64,000 nt of DNA, from contig OY762007.1 in the NCBI GenBank assembly GCA_963665115.1, positions 7,296,001 to 7,360,000 of the forward strand, read 5' to 3'. The notes under the pieces were generated by a model. The model worked only from the letters and a program-made list of their open reading frames with translations. It was not told the DNA's origin and made no database searches. The DNA is from an uncultured Rivularia sp. Its GTDB lineage: Bacteria; Cyanobacteriota; Cyanobacteriia; Cyanobacteriales; Nostocaceae. Each line of letters opens with the position of its first letter. The first letter of the stretch is position 1. Below are positions 43,596 through 53,473 of this stretch, in pieces. The position numbers and the translations under genes were made by a program.

Positions 43596-44261
43596 TTATA
43601 AAACTCCAGCTGGTGCGGCAGATTCTGAGTCTAATTGTGCTTTGCTTTCAAAAACTCTATCGATCAAGCCATATTCTACTGCCTGCTCTGGCGGTATGTA
43701 GAATAAGCGATCCATATCTTTTTTAACCTTTGCCTTGTCTTGTCCGGTGTTGAGAGCAAAGATATCAATCATTGCTTCTTTATTTACAAAGACTTCTTTC
43801 GCCATGATTTGAATATCAGTGGCTTGCCCTCTCGTACCGCTGATAGGTTGTTTGAGAACAATAGAAGCATGAGGTAAAGCGGCCCTACAGCCTTTTGTTC
43901 CGGCACTAAGTAACATTGCTGCCATACCCATAGCTTGTCCGATACAAATGGTATGAATAGGAGGTTTTATGTACCTCATTGTATCGTAGATAGCAAAAGC
44001 TTCCGTTTCAAAAGCAATAGGCTGGTCGCCAAAACTTGTACCAACAGAGTTAATATAAATTTTTATTGGCTTATCTGGATCTTCCGATTGCAAATAAAGC
44101 AATTCGGCAATAATTAATTTAGTAACTTCTGGCACCAGTGGCGCTCCCAGGTACACGATACGTTCCTTCAACAATAGTGAAGGTAAGTCTGGGGGTGGCG
44201 TGCGATAAAGATTATCGCCCGTATAAGGCGCTTGCATAGCCTTGATGGGTGAATGTTCCAT
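43596..44261 (-). CDS. clpR: Non-catalytic Clp subunit ClpR
   Basis: RTPPPDLPSLLLKERIVYLG; catalytic Ser and His replaced (GQAMGMAA, IVLKQP). Confidence 0.9.
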   Translation of the reverse strand: MEHSPIKAMQAPYTGDNLYRTPPPDLPSLLLKERIVYLGAPLVPEVTKLIIAELLYLQSEDPDKPIKIYINSVGTSFGDQPIAFETEAFAIYDTMRYIKPPIHTICIGQAMGMAAMLLSAGTKGCRAALPHASIVLKQPISGTRGQATDIQIMAKEVFVNKEAMIDIFALNTGQDKAKVKKDMDRLFYIPPEQAVEYGLIDRVFESKAQLDSESAAPAGVL

Positions 44262-44361
44262 TTTCCAACCGTTGCCTGAATTAACGCTATTAACTGTAGA
44301 ACATACTAACGCAACGGATAGCGACTATGAAGGTGTGGATTTCTCGCTTTTTACAACTTTA

Positions 44362-44475
44362 AATTGGTAATTGGTAATTGGTAATTGGTAATTGGTAATT
44401 GGTAATTGGTAATTGGTAATTGGTAATTGGTAATTGGTAATTGGGCATTGGGCATTGAGAATGGGTAATAGGTAA
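44362..44475. repeat. STRR (TTGGTAA)n
   Basis: Tandem heptamers. Confidence 0.9.
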
Positions 44476-44707
44476 TAGTTAGATAGTTAGCAGTTAGGAG
44501 TGATGAGTTAAAAATATTTCCCCTTGTCTCCTTGTCACCCCATCTCCCCACTCTTAAACAAATTTCGGAGCAATTTTATTATCGAGCAAGTGAAAATATG
44601 AATATCATTTAATATATTGAAGCCTTACAGGAGTTTTCCGTAGCGAGTTAGCTGCTCAGTGAGGTTATTTATATATAATATAGTCCGTGCAAGGAACCGC
44701 AACTAAT

Positions 44708-45955
44708 ATGAAAGTAAGCTTGTTGCCCGAACTCAATGATAGCAATCTGGACGTAAATCAATCAAGTTCTCAACGTCAGTTAGCAGTTTCTCTAACCGCT
44801 AAGGTGGAAAATCTCGACCGTAGCGTTCCCCTTAATTTATGCTTGATTTTAGACCATAGCGGTTCCATGAATGGTCGTCCGCTGGAAACTGTTAAAAAAG
44901 CCGCAAACCGCATCGTCGATCGACTCAAAAATGGCGATCGCCTCAGTATTGTAGTTTTCGATCATCGAGCTAAGGTACTGGTTCCGAACCAGGTAATTGA
45001 AGATAGGGAAGGTATAAAACAACAGATAAACCGTCTCAGTGCGGATGGCGGTACTTCTATTGATGAAGGTTTGCGTTTGGGAATAGAGGAATTAGCTAAG
45101 GGCAAAAAAGAAGCTATTTCTCAAGCTTTTTTATTAACTGATGGTGAAAACGAACACGGTGATAACAATCGCTGTCTTAAATTTGCTCAATTAGCTATCG
45201 ATTACAGTTTAACTCTTAATTCTCTAGGGTTTGGCGATAATTGGAACCAAGATGTTCTCGAACAAATCGCTGATGCTGGCGGTGGTAGTTTGTCGCATAT
45301 TGCCCAGCCAGAGGAAGCCGAAAATAAATTTAATCAATTATTCAGCCGCATTCAAACTGTAGGTTTAACCAATGCTTATCTGCTATTTTCTTTGATGCCC
45401 AAGGTTCGCTTAGCTGAACTCAAACCCGTGGCTCAAGTATACCCCGATACTATCGAATTGCCAGTGCAACAAGAAACAGACGGACGTTTCGCAGTACGTT
45501 TGGGTGACTTGATGAAAGATAGCAAAAGAACAGTTTTAGCAAATATTTATTTAGGACAATTTGCCGAAGGTAATCATACAGTAGCTCAACTACAGGTTCG
45601 TTACGACGATCCAACGAGCAATATGACGGGATTGATCTCAGATACTATCCCCATAGAAATTAACGTAACTTCTTCATATCAACCCGTAGTTAATCCACAA
45701 GTTCAGCCTCATGTTTTAGCATTAGCAAAATATCGGCAAACTCAGCTTGCAGAAGCCAAGCTGCAACAAGGAGATAGAGCGGGTGCTGCGACTATGTTGC
45801 AAACCGCAGCCAAAACAGCTTTGCAGATGGGAGATAGCGGTGCAGCAACCGTTTTACAAACTTCTGCAACTCGTTTGCAATCTGGAGAAGAACTTTCAGA
45901 AGCTGACAAGAAGAAAACCAGAATCGTTTCCAAAACTACACTGCAAGATTCTTGA
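44708..45955 (+). CDS. von Willebrand factor A domain protein
   Basis: MIDAS motif LDHSGSM, GGTSI, LLTDGE. Confidence 0.92.
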   Translation: MKVSLLPELNDSNLDVNQSSSQRQLAVSLTAKVENLDRSVPLNLCLILDHSGSMNGRPLETVKKAANRIVDRLKNGDRLSIVVFDHRAKVLVPNQVIEDREGIKQQINRLSADGGTSIDEGLRLGIEELAKGKKEAISQAFLLTDGENEHGDNNRCLKFAQLAIDYSLTLNSLGFGDNWNQDVLEQIADAGGGSLSHIAQPEEAENKFNQLFSRIQTVGLTNAYLLFSLMPKVRLAELKPVAQVYPDTIELPVQQETDGRFAVRLGDLMKDSKRTVLANIYLGQFAEGNHTVAQLQVRYDDPTSNMTGLISDTIPIEINVTSSYQPVVNPQVQPHVLALAKYRQTQLAEAKLQQGDRAGAATMLQTAAKTALQMGDSGAATVLQTSATRLQSGEELSEADKKKTRIVSKTTLQDS

Positions 45956-46157
45956 TTATTTAATTAGAAATTGGGAATTGAGAATTGGGCATTAGGAATT
46001 GGGCATTGGGACAAGGTAACAAGTTAAACTTTGAAGTACTACAAAATATTCCCTGTATCCTCTTCCCCAAGCTAAAATTCTAACTACCGCTCCCTTTCCC
46101 CCTTCTCCGTTCCCTATTCCTTATTCAAAAAAAATCTTAAATTAATATAATTTACGC

Positions 46158-46252
46158 TTGACGAAACCTCTATCTTGGCTGATGAAAATCTGTCAAGGTA
46201 AGTTTTTTCTGTGAAACAAGAATCCCCTGCATTCATGCGTGGGGAGTGTCAA
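46158..46252 (+). mobile_element. Orphan IS200/IS605 (tnpB) right-end / omegaRNA 3' fragment
   Basis: ..TGAAACAAGAATCCCCTGCATTCATGCGTGGGGAGTGTCAA terminal hairpin ending TCAA; preceded by TTGAC; no tnpA or tnpB ORF. Confidence 0.75.
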
Positions 46253-46970
46253 GCAGTTAGCAAAGCAAATTAAGCGAAAAAGTCATACGCAAATATTTTA
46301 ACCCCAAAAAATTATTTAGACCTCTTTCGAGTGGAGTAAGATTTTTTTTAATTTTTGACACTTTGGAAAGGGTCTTTTGCACTATCTTCCTTAGCTATAA
46401 TAAGTTACTCTTAAACATAACTTTGCAAGGCTAAAACAATAGTCAATGAGAATTAAACACATCTAAATAGATATGAAAGTATAAGCTATTCTGGCTTGCT
46501 TTTTTATCAGGATAATTTTACAAATTTATTCGTTAAAATACTATATAAGCTTCAAAAAAAAGCTTTTGTAAAACAATTGACTATTACCTATGTATATTTG
46601 CTATGGTTATGAAATGCGAAACCTATCGTACTACTTAGATCTTGCTTAAATTAGGAGTTTTTTTCGCTTCTCAAAGTCCCACAGAATGAAAAGTAATTAA
46701 ATAAATATTTGCACCTTAATTGATATTGCAATGTATTAATAGATGAGTATCAAATATAGCTTATTTAATTGCTAATCTACGATAAACGGCTTTTTAACTT
46801 ACTGATTACAAGCTGATAATAATTTTTTTTTACAAAAAAATATCACTATACGTATTTTTATCTCATCTGAAAAAATCACTATCTTGTCACATAAATATCA
46901 TAGTATAGTAATTAACCGTATTTCAAATTTTCATTTTCTAAAATAAAAGTATAATATAGACTCTAACTTT

Positions 46971-47267
46971 ATGAAACTTTCAGTAGAAATGCAATCACAG
47001 CTTATCGTAACTTGTGTCAAAGACTTAACCCACCTTAAATACGGTAGCTTAAGTAAGTGGTCATTATATAGCAATTTCACGGTTAAATATGAATGGCACT
47101 GTCCGGAGAAAAACAGTCATCGCAAACAAGAAATAGACTTTGAAAACTTGCCATTAGAAACACAGATTATGGTCGCAAAAAAGGCTACTAAAAGTCCTTT
47201 GCTGAAGACACTTGAGGATGACAAACAGTTAATGCTGGTTCATCTTGCGGTTATGGATAATAAATAA
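46971..47267 (+). CDS. Hypothetical protein upstream of nucA
   Basis: 98-aa ATG ORF; no motif recognised. Confidence 0.55.
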   Translation: MKLSVEMQSQLIVTCVKDLTHLKYGSLSKWSLYSNFTVKYEWHCPEKNSHRKQEIDFENLPLETQIMVAKKATKSPLLKTLEDDKQLMLVHLAVMDNK

Positions 47268-47372
47268 ACAGGTGGATGAATTGTCGATCGTAGTCCTAAA
47301 CGTAACACTTACCCCTTTTCAAAAGCGACCTTGCAATGGAATACTTCTAGACGGAAGCTTCTAAAAACCATT

Positions 47373-48173
47373 GTGAAACGAAACTTAGTTTTTGTTATTT
47401 CTGTATTCCTATTCGCTTTGATTACTGGCTGTGAGCTGCTGTTGCAACAACCAGTTAATCCTCATTTAGCAATGGGTAATCCCAGTAATGCGGGGGAAAA
47501 TCCGAATAACTATTTGATGATAAAACCCGACTACGCTTTATCATACAGTCGGGAACGAGGTACGCCAAATTGGGTAGCTTGGCAACTCAATCAAAGCTGG
47601 TTGGGTAATACCGAACGTCAAGACGATTTTCGTCCCGATGATTCGCTGCCATCAGATTGGTATCGCGTCAAACCGAACGATTACACTGGTAGCGGTTACG
47701 ACCGAGGACATATGGTTCCTTCTGCCGATCGCACTGCCAGCGTACAAGATAATTCAGCTACTTTCTTAATGACTAACATCATTCCGCAAACTCCCGAGAA
47801 TAATCGGGGTGCATGGCGAGAATTAGAAGAATATTGCCGTTATTTAGTAAAGCAAGGTAAAGAACTTTATATTATTGCTGGTGTTGATGGTGGCTCTAAA
47901 AAAATTGGTAGAAAAAAAGAAGTTACCGCACCTGCATATACTTGGAAAGTGATTGTAGTTTTAGATAAACCCGGACAAGGTTTGCAAGGAATATCTAAAA
48001 ATACAAGAGTTATCGCTGTAAACGTAACCAACCGTCAAAATACCGCCGATGACTGGGAAAGATATATAGTCTCAGTCGATCAAATAGAAGCCAAAACTGG
48101 TTACAACTTTTTGACTAAAGTACCAGAATCTATTCAGCAAGTAATTGAAAGTCGAATTGATCGAAAAAGGTGA
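47373..48173 (+). CDS. nucA: Sugar-non-specific DNA/RNA endonuclease NucA (ORF open from 47331)
   Basis: HLAMGNPS, PNWVAWQL, GSGYDRGHMVPSADR, TFLMTNIIPQ. Confidence 0.9.
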   Translation: MKRNLVFVISVFLFALITGCELLLQQPVNPHLAMGNPSNAGENPNNYLMIKPDYALSYSRERGTPNWVAWQLNQSWLGNTERQDDFRPDDSLPSDWYRVKPNDYTGSGYDRGHMVPSADRTASVQDNSATFLMTNIIPQTPENNRGAWRELEEYCRYLVKQGKELYIIAGVDGGSKKIGRKKEVTAPAYTWKVIVVLDKPGQGLQGISKNTRVIAVNVTNRQNTADDWERYIVSVDQIEAKTGYNFLTKVPESIQQVIESRIDRKR

Positions 48174-48229
48174 TTGGGATTGGGGATTGGGCATAGGGAC
48201 ATAGGCAATTGATAATTGATAATTGATTA

Positions 48230-48640
48230 TTAAGTTTCAACAGCTTTTGTTGACAAACCAACCCAATCTCCCGATTTCAATTGTCCGACAATGTAAACAT
48301 CTATTTCAACGTCACCAATCTTGTAAACTTGGATGTTGTTTAGGTTTTGCTTTAAAGTTTCTACAAGAGCTTGATATTTTTTCGCTGTTTCCCTTTCTTC
48401 GGAGTCGTACCAGTCTTTTTCATCTGTAGCTCGCCCAAAAAAATTTTCCATATCTATTACCTTGACAGAAGCATCGAGGGAATGATGAGTTTTTTGTAAT
48501 AGATTCTGCTCGTTGACTTCTTTAACCTCTTGATTTGACCATGTAAAAGTATCAAAAGGATAATCAGATTCGCTCATCCACAGTAAATCTTGGGAAAGCG
48601 ATTTGATTTTTTTGGGAATATCAAATTCGTTGTCGTTCAT
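48230..48640 (-). CDS. nuiA: Nuclease A inhibitor NuiA
   Basis: LLWMSESDYPF, VYKIGDVEIDVYIVG, GLSTKAVET; convergent with nucA. Confidence 0.9.
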   Translation of the reverse strand: MNDNEFDIPKKIKSLSQDLLWMSESDYPFDTFTWSNQEVKEVNEQNLLQKTHHSLDASVKVIDMENFFGRATDEKDWYDSEERETAKKYQALVETLKQNLNNIQVYKIGDVEIDVYIVGQLKSGDWVGLSTKAVET

Positions 48641-48744
48641 AATTGAATAAGGTAAAGGTTAAAGGTTAAAATTACTAGTTATTAGCATTCAATTTTTAAC
48701 TCCTAATTTTTAATTCCTAACTCCTAACTCTCAATTAATTAAAA

Positions 48745-48927
48745 TTACTTTTTCTTCGCCTTCCAAGTTCCACCATAAACATAAAATGGGTTATTCTGAC
48801 TAACTGTTTCCCAACATTGGGGACATAGAAAAACCCAATCGCCATCTTCAAGATATTTGACTCTGTAAAGAATTGATGCGGGTTGACTGCAAAGGTAGCA
48901 TAATTTGCTGCGTAACGGACGTACCAT
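48745..48927 (-). CDS. Small putative zinc-binding protein
   Basis: CYLC...CPQC and C-terminal YVYGGTWKAKK. Confidence 0.7.
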   Translation of the reverse strand: MVRPLRSKLCYLCSQPASILYRVKYLEDGDWVFLCPQCWETVSQNNPFYVYGGTWKAKKK

Positions 48928-49033
48928 TTATTTCAATTATCAATTATCAATTATCAATTATCAATTATCCGCCTTTTCTACCTTCTCTCTCCCCTTCCTT
49001 TGTTTACCGCTTAAATTTAATATGGTGAAGGTA

Positions 49034-49604
49034 ATAATATTCGACCACATTAACTCTGATAGGTATGTCCTATCGGACACGCCCAATACCTACGGTACGC
49101 TTCGCTAGCCGCCGCACGCTCCCCGTGTTCAGCTTACTGGCTCGTTAAAGTAACGCTAACGTAGTGAGGAATGCCCGTCCTAAATCCGAGCGCTAAAGCA
49201 CCAACTACAAACCTTATTACTCCTCAAAACTTATGTAGTTAAATAGTAGTAATTGATTGCATAAATTCTTAAGGGTTCGTTTTTCCCGTAACCTTCGGGA
49301 GACGTTATGTATAACGTCTCTACAACCCATCGGAATTAATGAAATGTAGTAGTAGTAGTAGTCCTTTTCATTAGTTTTAATTGGTTGTAGAGACGTAGCA
49401 GTGCTACGTCTCCCGACGTTAGGTCGAAAACGAACCCCTCAGAATTTATGCAAAGGACTAGTAGTACTCCGCTACATTAATTACGAGGGGCAACACATTT
49501 GTAGTGGGAGCGTCTCGCTCCCTGGTTGTATAGTTGTCTCGCTCCCTGGTTGTATAGCTATCTCATCCGCTACTTGTATAGTTGTCTTGCTCCCTGCTTG
49601 TATA
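49034..49604. mobile_element. Cluster of about four tandem MITE-like elements with nested small repeats
   Basis: TAGTAG junctions; 49248-49355 is an inverted copy of 21127-21235; 24-bp tandem repeat at 49512-49604. Confidence 0.65.
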
Positions 49605-49728
49605 ATTATAAAGATTTTGGGTTGATTGCTATGCTTTCAAAAAAAAATCGATGCAGTTAAACCACATCGACGCATAAATTCATAAACTTAAATGGAATTA
49701 TGGAATTGTTGAAACAGATTTCCAACAT

Positions 49729-50805
49729 TTAAGCAAATGCAGAAGCTTGGGGCTTAGCAAAAATCATTCTACCGGCAGAAGTCTGCAATGAACTGGTAAC
49801 AACTACTCGTACTTCACCACCGACAAAAGGACTTCCTTCCTCAACTACCACCATCGTACCGTCATCTAAATAGCCGATACCTTGACTGGGTTCTTTGCCT
49901 TCTTTGAGTATTTTCAAGTCGATGTGATCGCCTGGTAAATAATTCGGACGTACCGCATTTACCAAATCGTTAACATTCAAAACAGGTACTTTCTGCACGC
50001 TGGCAACTTTCGATAAGTTGTAATCGTTGGTTAACAAAGTCGCGTTGATTTCTTGAGCAAACCTAACCAACTTCGCATCTACCGTCGCAATTTCTTCGTA
50101 ATCAAGCGAGTTAATCACAATGCGTTCGGGATAAGACTTCTTAATCCGATTGAGAATCTCTAATCCCCGTCTTCCTCGTACCCGCTTTTGATCTTTGCTA
50201 GCATCAGCGACTTGCTGTAACTCCAACAAAATAAATTGCGGTACGATAATTTGTCCTTCTAAAAAGCCGGTATCTAGTAACGTTTCAATACGACCATCAA
50301 TTATACAGCTAGTATCTAAAACCTTTGTGGCAGCAGGCTTTAGAGTCCCTTCTGCCACCATTGTTTCTACCGTATTAGGATTTATTAATCGTAATAATCC
50401 GCGTCCATGAGTATCAGCTAAATTCATGCCAGTATACGATAGGGTGATACTACCCATAACGGCGACTAATGGCTTAATAAAGCTGAAATCATCGGGGATC
50501 GGTAGTAAGAATAGTGGCGCTAACATTAAGTTAGCTACCAACAATCCAATTACTAAACCAATTGAACGTGTCAGAATTACTTCTAGTGGCAATTCTCGGA
50601 CTTGGGCTTCCAAACGACGATATCCGGTTTGGACTCGCAGCCCAATCGCACCGCCAATAATGGCAGCAAAAGCCGCAACTACTAAACGTAAAGCTTCTAG
50701 GTTGCTTACACTATCTAACGTACCATTCGGTAGTAAATCGATGCTGTAGTAACCTGTCCCCGTTGCTGCTAGGACGAATGAGAAAATTATAATAGCGTCA
50801 AACAT
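49729..50805 (-). CDS. PIN/TRAM domain membrane protein (YacL-like)
   Basis: KVLDTSCIIDGRI, RGRRGLEIL, TNDYNL, GYLDDGTMVVVE, QTSAGRMIFA. Confidence 0.93.
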   Translation of the reverse strand: MFDAIIIFSFVLAATGTGYYSIDLLPNGTLDSVSNLEALRLVVAAFAAIIGGAIGLRVQTGYRRLEAQVRELPLEVILTRSIGLVIGLLVANLMLAPLFLLPIPDDFSFIKPLVAVMGSITLSYTGMNLADTHGRGLLRLINPNTVETMVAEGTLKPAATKVLDTSCIIDGRIETLLDTGFLEGQIIVPQFILLELQQVADASKDQKRVRGRRGLEILNRIKKSYPERIVINSLDYEEIATVDAKLVRFAQEINATLLTNDYNLSKVASVQKVPVLNVNDLVNAVRPNYLPGDHIDLKILKEGKEPSQGIGYLDDGTMVVVEEGSPFVGGEVRVVVTSSLQTSAGRMIFAKPQASAFA

Positions 50806-51065
50806 GATTTGATTGTGTTGTTTTCCTGCAACTGCATTACCCGATTTACTCAAGTAACTTTGTATATAATCTGGTTAAAAATAGAGATAAATATTTGCAG
50901 TGAACTTACAGGCTTGTTAATAAACCATCTGCAATCATTATAACCAAATATTCTCAGCTTTTTTATTCTGCTTGTATTGTCATAAATCCATACAAAAATG
51001 TAGATTTCTCATTAATATTTACTATTTCTAATTCATTCGTAATCTAAATTAAATTATTTCTCATA

Positions 51066-52253
51066 ATGCCCGAAAAACTAGCTAATACAATGATTTCAGG
51101 CTCTGTAAATGCAGCTTACATACATATTCCTTTTTGTAGACGACGCTGCTTTTATTGTGATTTTCCCATATATGTGGTAGGAAACACCAAGCGCGGCGAA
51201 ACATCCGGCGCAATCTCTCAATATGTTGAAGTATTATGTCAAGAAATTGTCACTATACAAACTAATCATAAACCTTTAGAAACAATTTTTTTTGGTGGTG
51301 GTACTCCTTCATTACTTTCAACGCAACAACTACAAAGAATATTAGAAGTTTTAGATGGGAAATTCGGGATTGACAAACGTGCAGAAATTTCAATGGAAAT
51401 CGATCCAGGTACTTTTGATAAACAACATTTGCAAGGATATGTAAATGCAGGTGTAAATCGCATGAGTTTGGGAGTACAGGCTTTTCAAGAAGAATTATTG
51501 CAAGCTTGCGGACGCTTTCACTCGGTTTCAGATATTTTTACAGCTGTGGATCTACTTCAAGCTGCCGAGATTGCTAACTTCAGCATAGACTTAATTTCCG
51601 GTTTACCGCATCAAACCTTGGATATATGGCAACAATCTCTAGAGCAAGCAATCAAAATTACGCCCATGCATATATCTATATATGACCTAACGATAGAACC
51701 TGGTACCGCTTTCGGGCGTTATTATCAACCAGGCGATCGCCCTTTACCTACGGATGAAACAACTGTAAAAATGTACCGTATGGCACAAGAAATTCTAACT
51801 AATGCAGGTTACGAACATTATGAAATTTCCAATTATGCCAAACCAGGATATCAGTGCCGTCACAACCGAGTTTACTGGGAAAATCGTCCTTATTTCGGTT
51901 TCGGAATGGGAGCAGCAAGTTATTCTCAAGGGAAACGCTTCAACCGTCCCCGCAAAACTAAAGAATACTATGCTTGGGTAAATGCTGGAAGTATAATTGA
52001 TTGCGATATTACAACGCCCCATGAAGTTTTATTAGAAACCCTAATGTTGGGGTTACGTTTGGCAGAAGGGGTTAATTTGCAAATATTAACAGCACAATTT
52101 GGTAAAAACAAAATTGAAAAAGTATTACAAGTGTTGCAACCTTATATGGAGAAAGGTTGGGTACAAGTAGTAGATGAAAGGTTACAACTACAAGATCCCG
52201 ATGGGTTTTTGTTTTCTAACGTAGTGTTAGCAGAGTTGTTTGAGAAACTTTAA
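51066..52253 (+). CDS. hemW: Radical SAM heme chaperone HemW (HemN-like)
   Basis: YIHIPFCRRRCFYCDF, GGGTPS, YEISNY, HNRVYW. Confidence 0.92.
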   Translation: MPEKLANTMISGSVNAAYIHIPFCRRRCFYCDFPIYVVGNTKRGETSGAISQYVEVLCQEIVTIQTNHKPLETIFFGGGTPSLLSTQQLQRILEVLDGKFGIDKRAEISMEIDPGTFDKQHLQGYVNAGVNRMSLGVQAFQEELLQACGRFHSVSDIFTAVDLLQAAEIANFSIDLISGLPHQTLDIWQQSLEQAIKITPMHISIYDLTIEPGTAFGRYYQPGDRPLPTDETTVKMYRMAQEILTNAGYEHYEISNYAKPGYQCRHNRVYWENRPYFGFGMGAASYSQGKRFNRPRKTKEYYAWVNAGSIIDCDITTPHEVLLETLMLGLRLAEGVNLQILTAQFGKNKIEKVLQVLQPYMEKGWVQVVDERLQLQDPDGFLFSNVVLAELFEKL

Positions 52254-52392
52254 AAGTTGCCCGCTTAAACACTTATCATATATGTGGGGATTGGTAATTG
52301 GTAATTGGTAATAATAAATGGCTATACCATCCGTAGAGTGTCTGAGCTTATATAAATTCCTCATTAACCAAAAGTAAAAATTAAATCTAACA

Positions 52393-52797
52393 ATGGAACC
52401 CTTTGTAAAAAATCTTATCGACATCGCAATTAGTACCTGCCAACTATTAGCCCTTTTCGTAATTTCTATAGGACTAATTAAAGGTTTTATTATATTTTTA
52501 AGAAATGCTTTATCCTTTTCAAACTCATCCAAAATGTTCCAAGAAAGCCGGTTACAAATGGGTTACTCGTTTTCTTTGGGATTAAACTTTTTGGTTGGAG
52601 GAAGTATTCTTAGAACTACCATAACTCCTAGCTGGGAAGATATAGGAAGGTTAGCTGTAATCATTGTGATTCGCACCATTTTGAACTATTTGCTGCTACA
52701 AAATATAGACAAACCCGTGCGAAGAGATGGTTTATCTCAATCGGATAATTTTAAGAAGGCGAGCGATCAATCTTTGTATGAAAACATGAAAGATTAA
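52393..52797 (+). CDS. DUF1622-like membrane protein
   Basis: SLGLNFLVGGSILRT, PSWEDIGRL, IRTILNYLL. Confidence 0.8.
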   Translation: MEPFVKNLIDIAISTCQLLALFVISIGLIKGFIIFLRNALSFSNSSKMFQESRLQMGYSFSLGLNFLVGGSILRTTITPSWEDIGRLAVIIVIRTILNYLLLQNIDKPVRRDGLSQSDNFKKASDQSLYENMKD

Positions 52798-52972
52798 ATG
52801 ACGTAGATGCAGCCATATATATTATGAGAAAATCTCAATAAATTTTACGGACATCCTTATCTATGTCCGTCCGAAATAATTCACAAATCTATACTTCTGC
52901 TTAAACTAAGTTAAATATTAATATTTAAAAAAAATATAACTCCTAACTCCCAACTCCTAACTCCTAATTTAT

Positions 52973-53383
52973 TTACGGCACAATCAATACCGGACAAGGA
53001 GTGAGATTAATCACCCGGTTGCTAACGCTATCGTGAGAGCCTTCATCTGTTAACCCCAATCCGCGACAACCCATAACAATTAAATTTGCTTTAATTTCAT
53101 CGGCAACATCGCAAATCACGAAAGCGGGTTGTCCTTCTTTTTCTAAGATTTCCGCTTCTATTCCCTGGCTCGAAAAGAAAGCTTGAGCATCTTTGAGCAA
53201 CTGTTCAACCTTTTTTGCTGACTTCATAACATCATCGTTGGATGATTCGGAAGGAGTAGCTTGCTCTACTACACTCAGTAATACTAAGTGGCTTTGATGC
53301 ACTTGTACTAGTTTGGCGACAAACTCTGCTGCTTCCCGTGCTTCCCGACTTTGATCCACTGGAAAAAGAATTGTTTTGAACAT
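52973..53383 (-). CDS. Universal stress protein
   Basis: MFKTILFPVD, LIVMGCRG, SVSNRVI..CPVLIVP. Confidence 0.92.
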   Translation of the reverse strand: MFKTILFPVDQSREAREAAEFVAKLVQVHQSHLVLLSVVEQATPSESSNDDVMKSAKKVEQLLKDAQAFFSSQGIEAEILEKEGQPAFVICDVADEIKANLIVMGCRGLGLTDEGSHDSVSNRVINLTPCPVLIVP

Positions 53384-53473
53384 CGGATTCCCTTGTGACC
53401 CCTTAACTCTGTAAAATCTTGATAGTCCTATTTTCAATCACATTAACAAAAAGGCGATCGGGAGAGTTTAATT

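Noticed and set aside
44351..44551. ORF with NYQLPIT repeats (similarly 28177-28374)
   Set aside because: Translation of heptamer repeats
49512..49604. Possible CRISPR array
   Set aside because: 24-bp units are directly adjacent with no unique spacers; no cas genes
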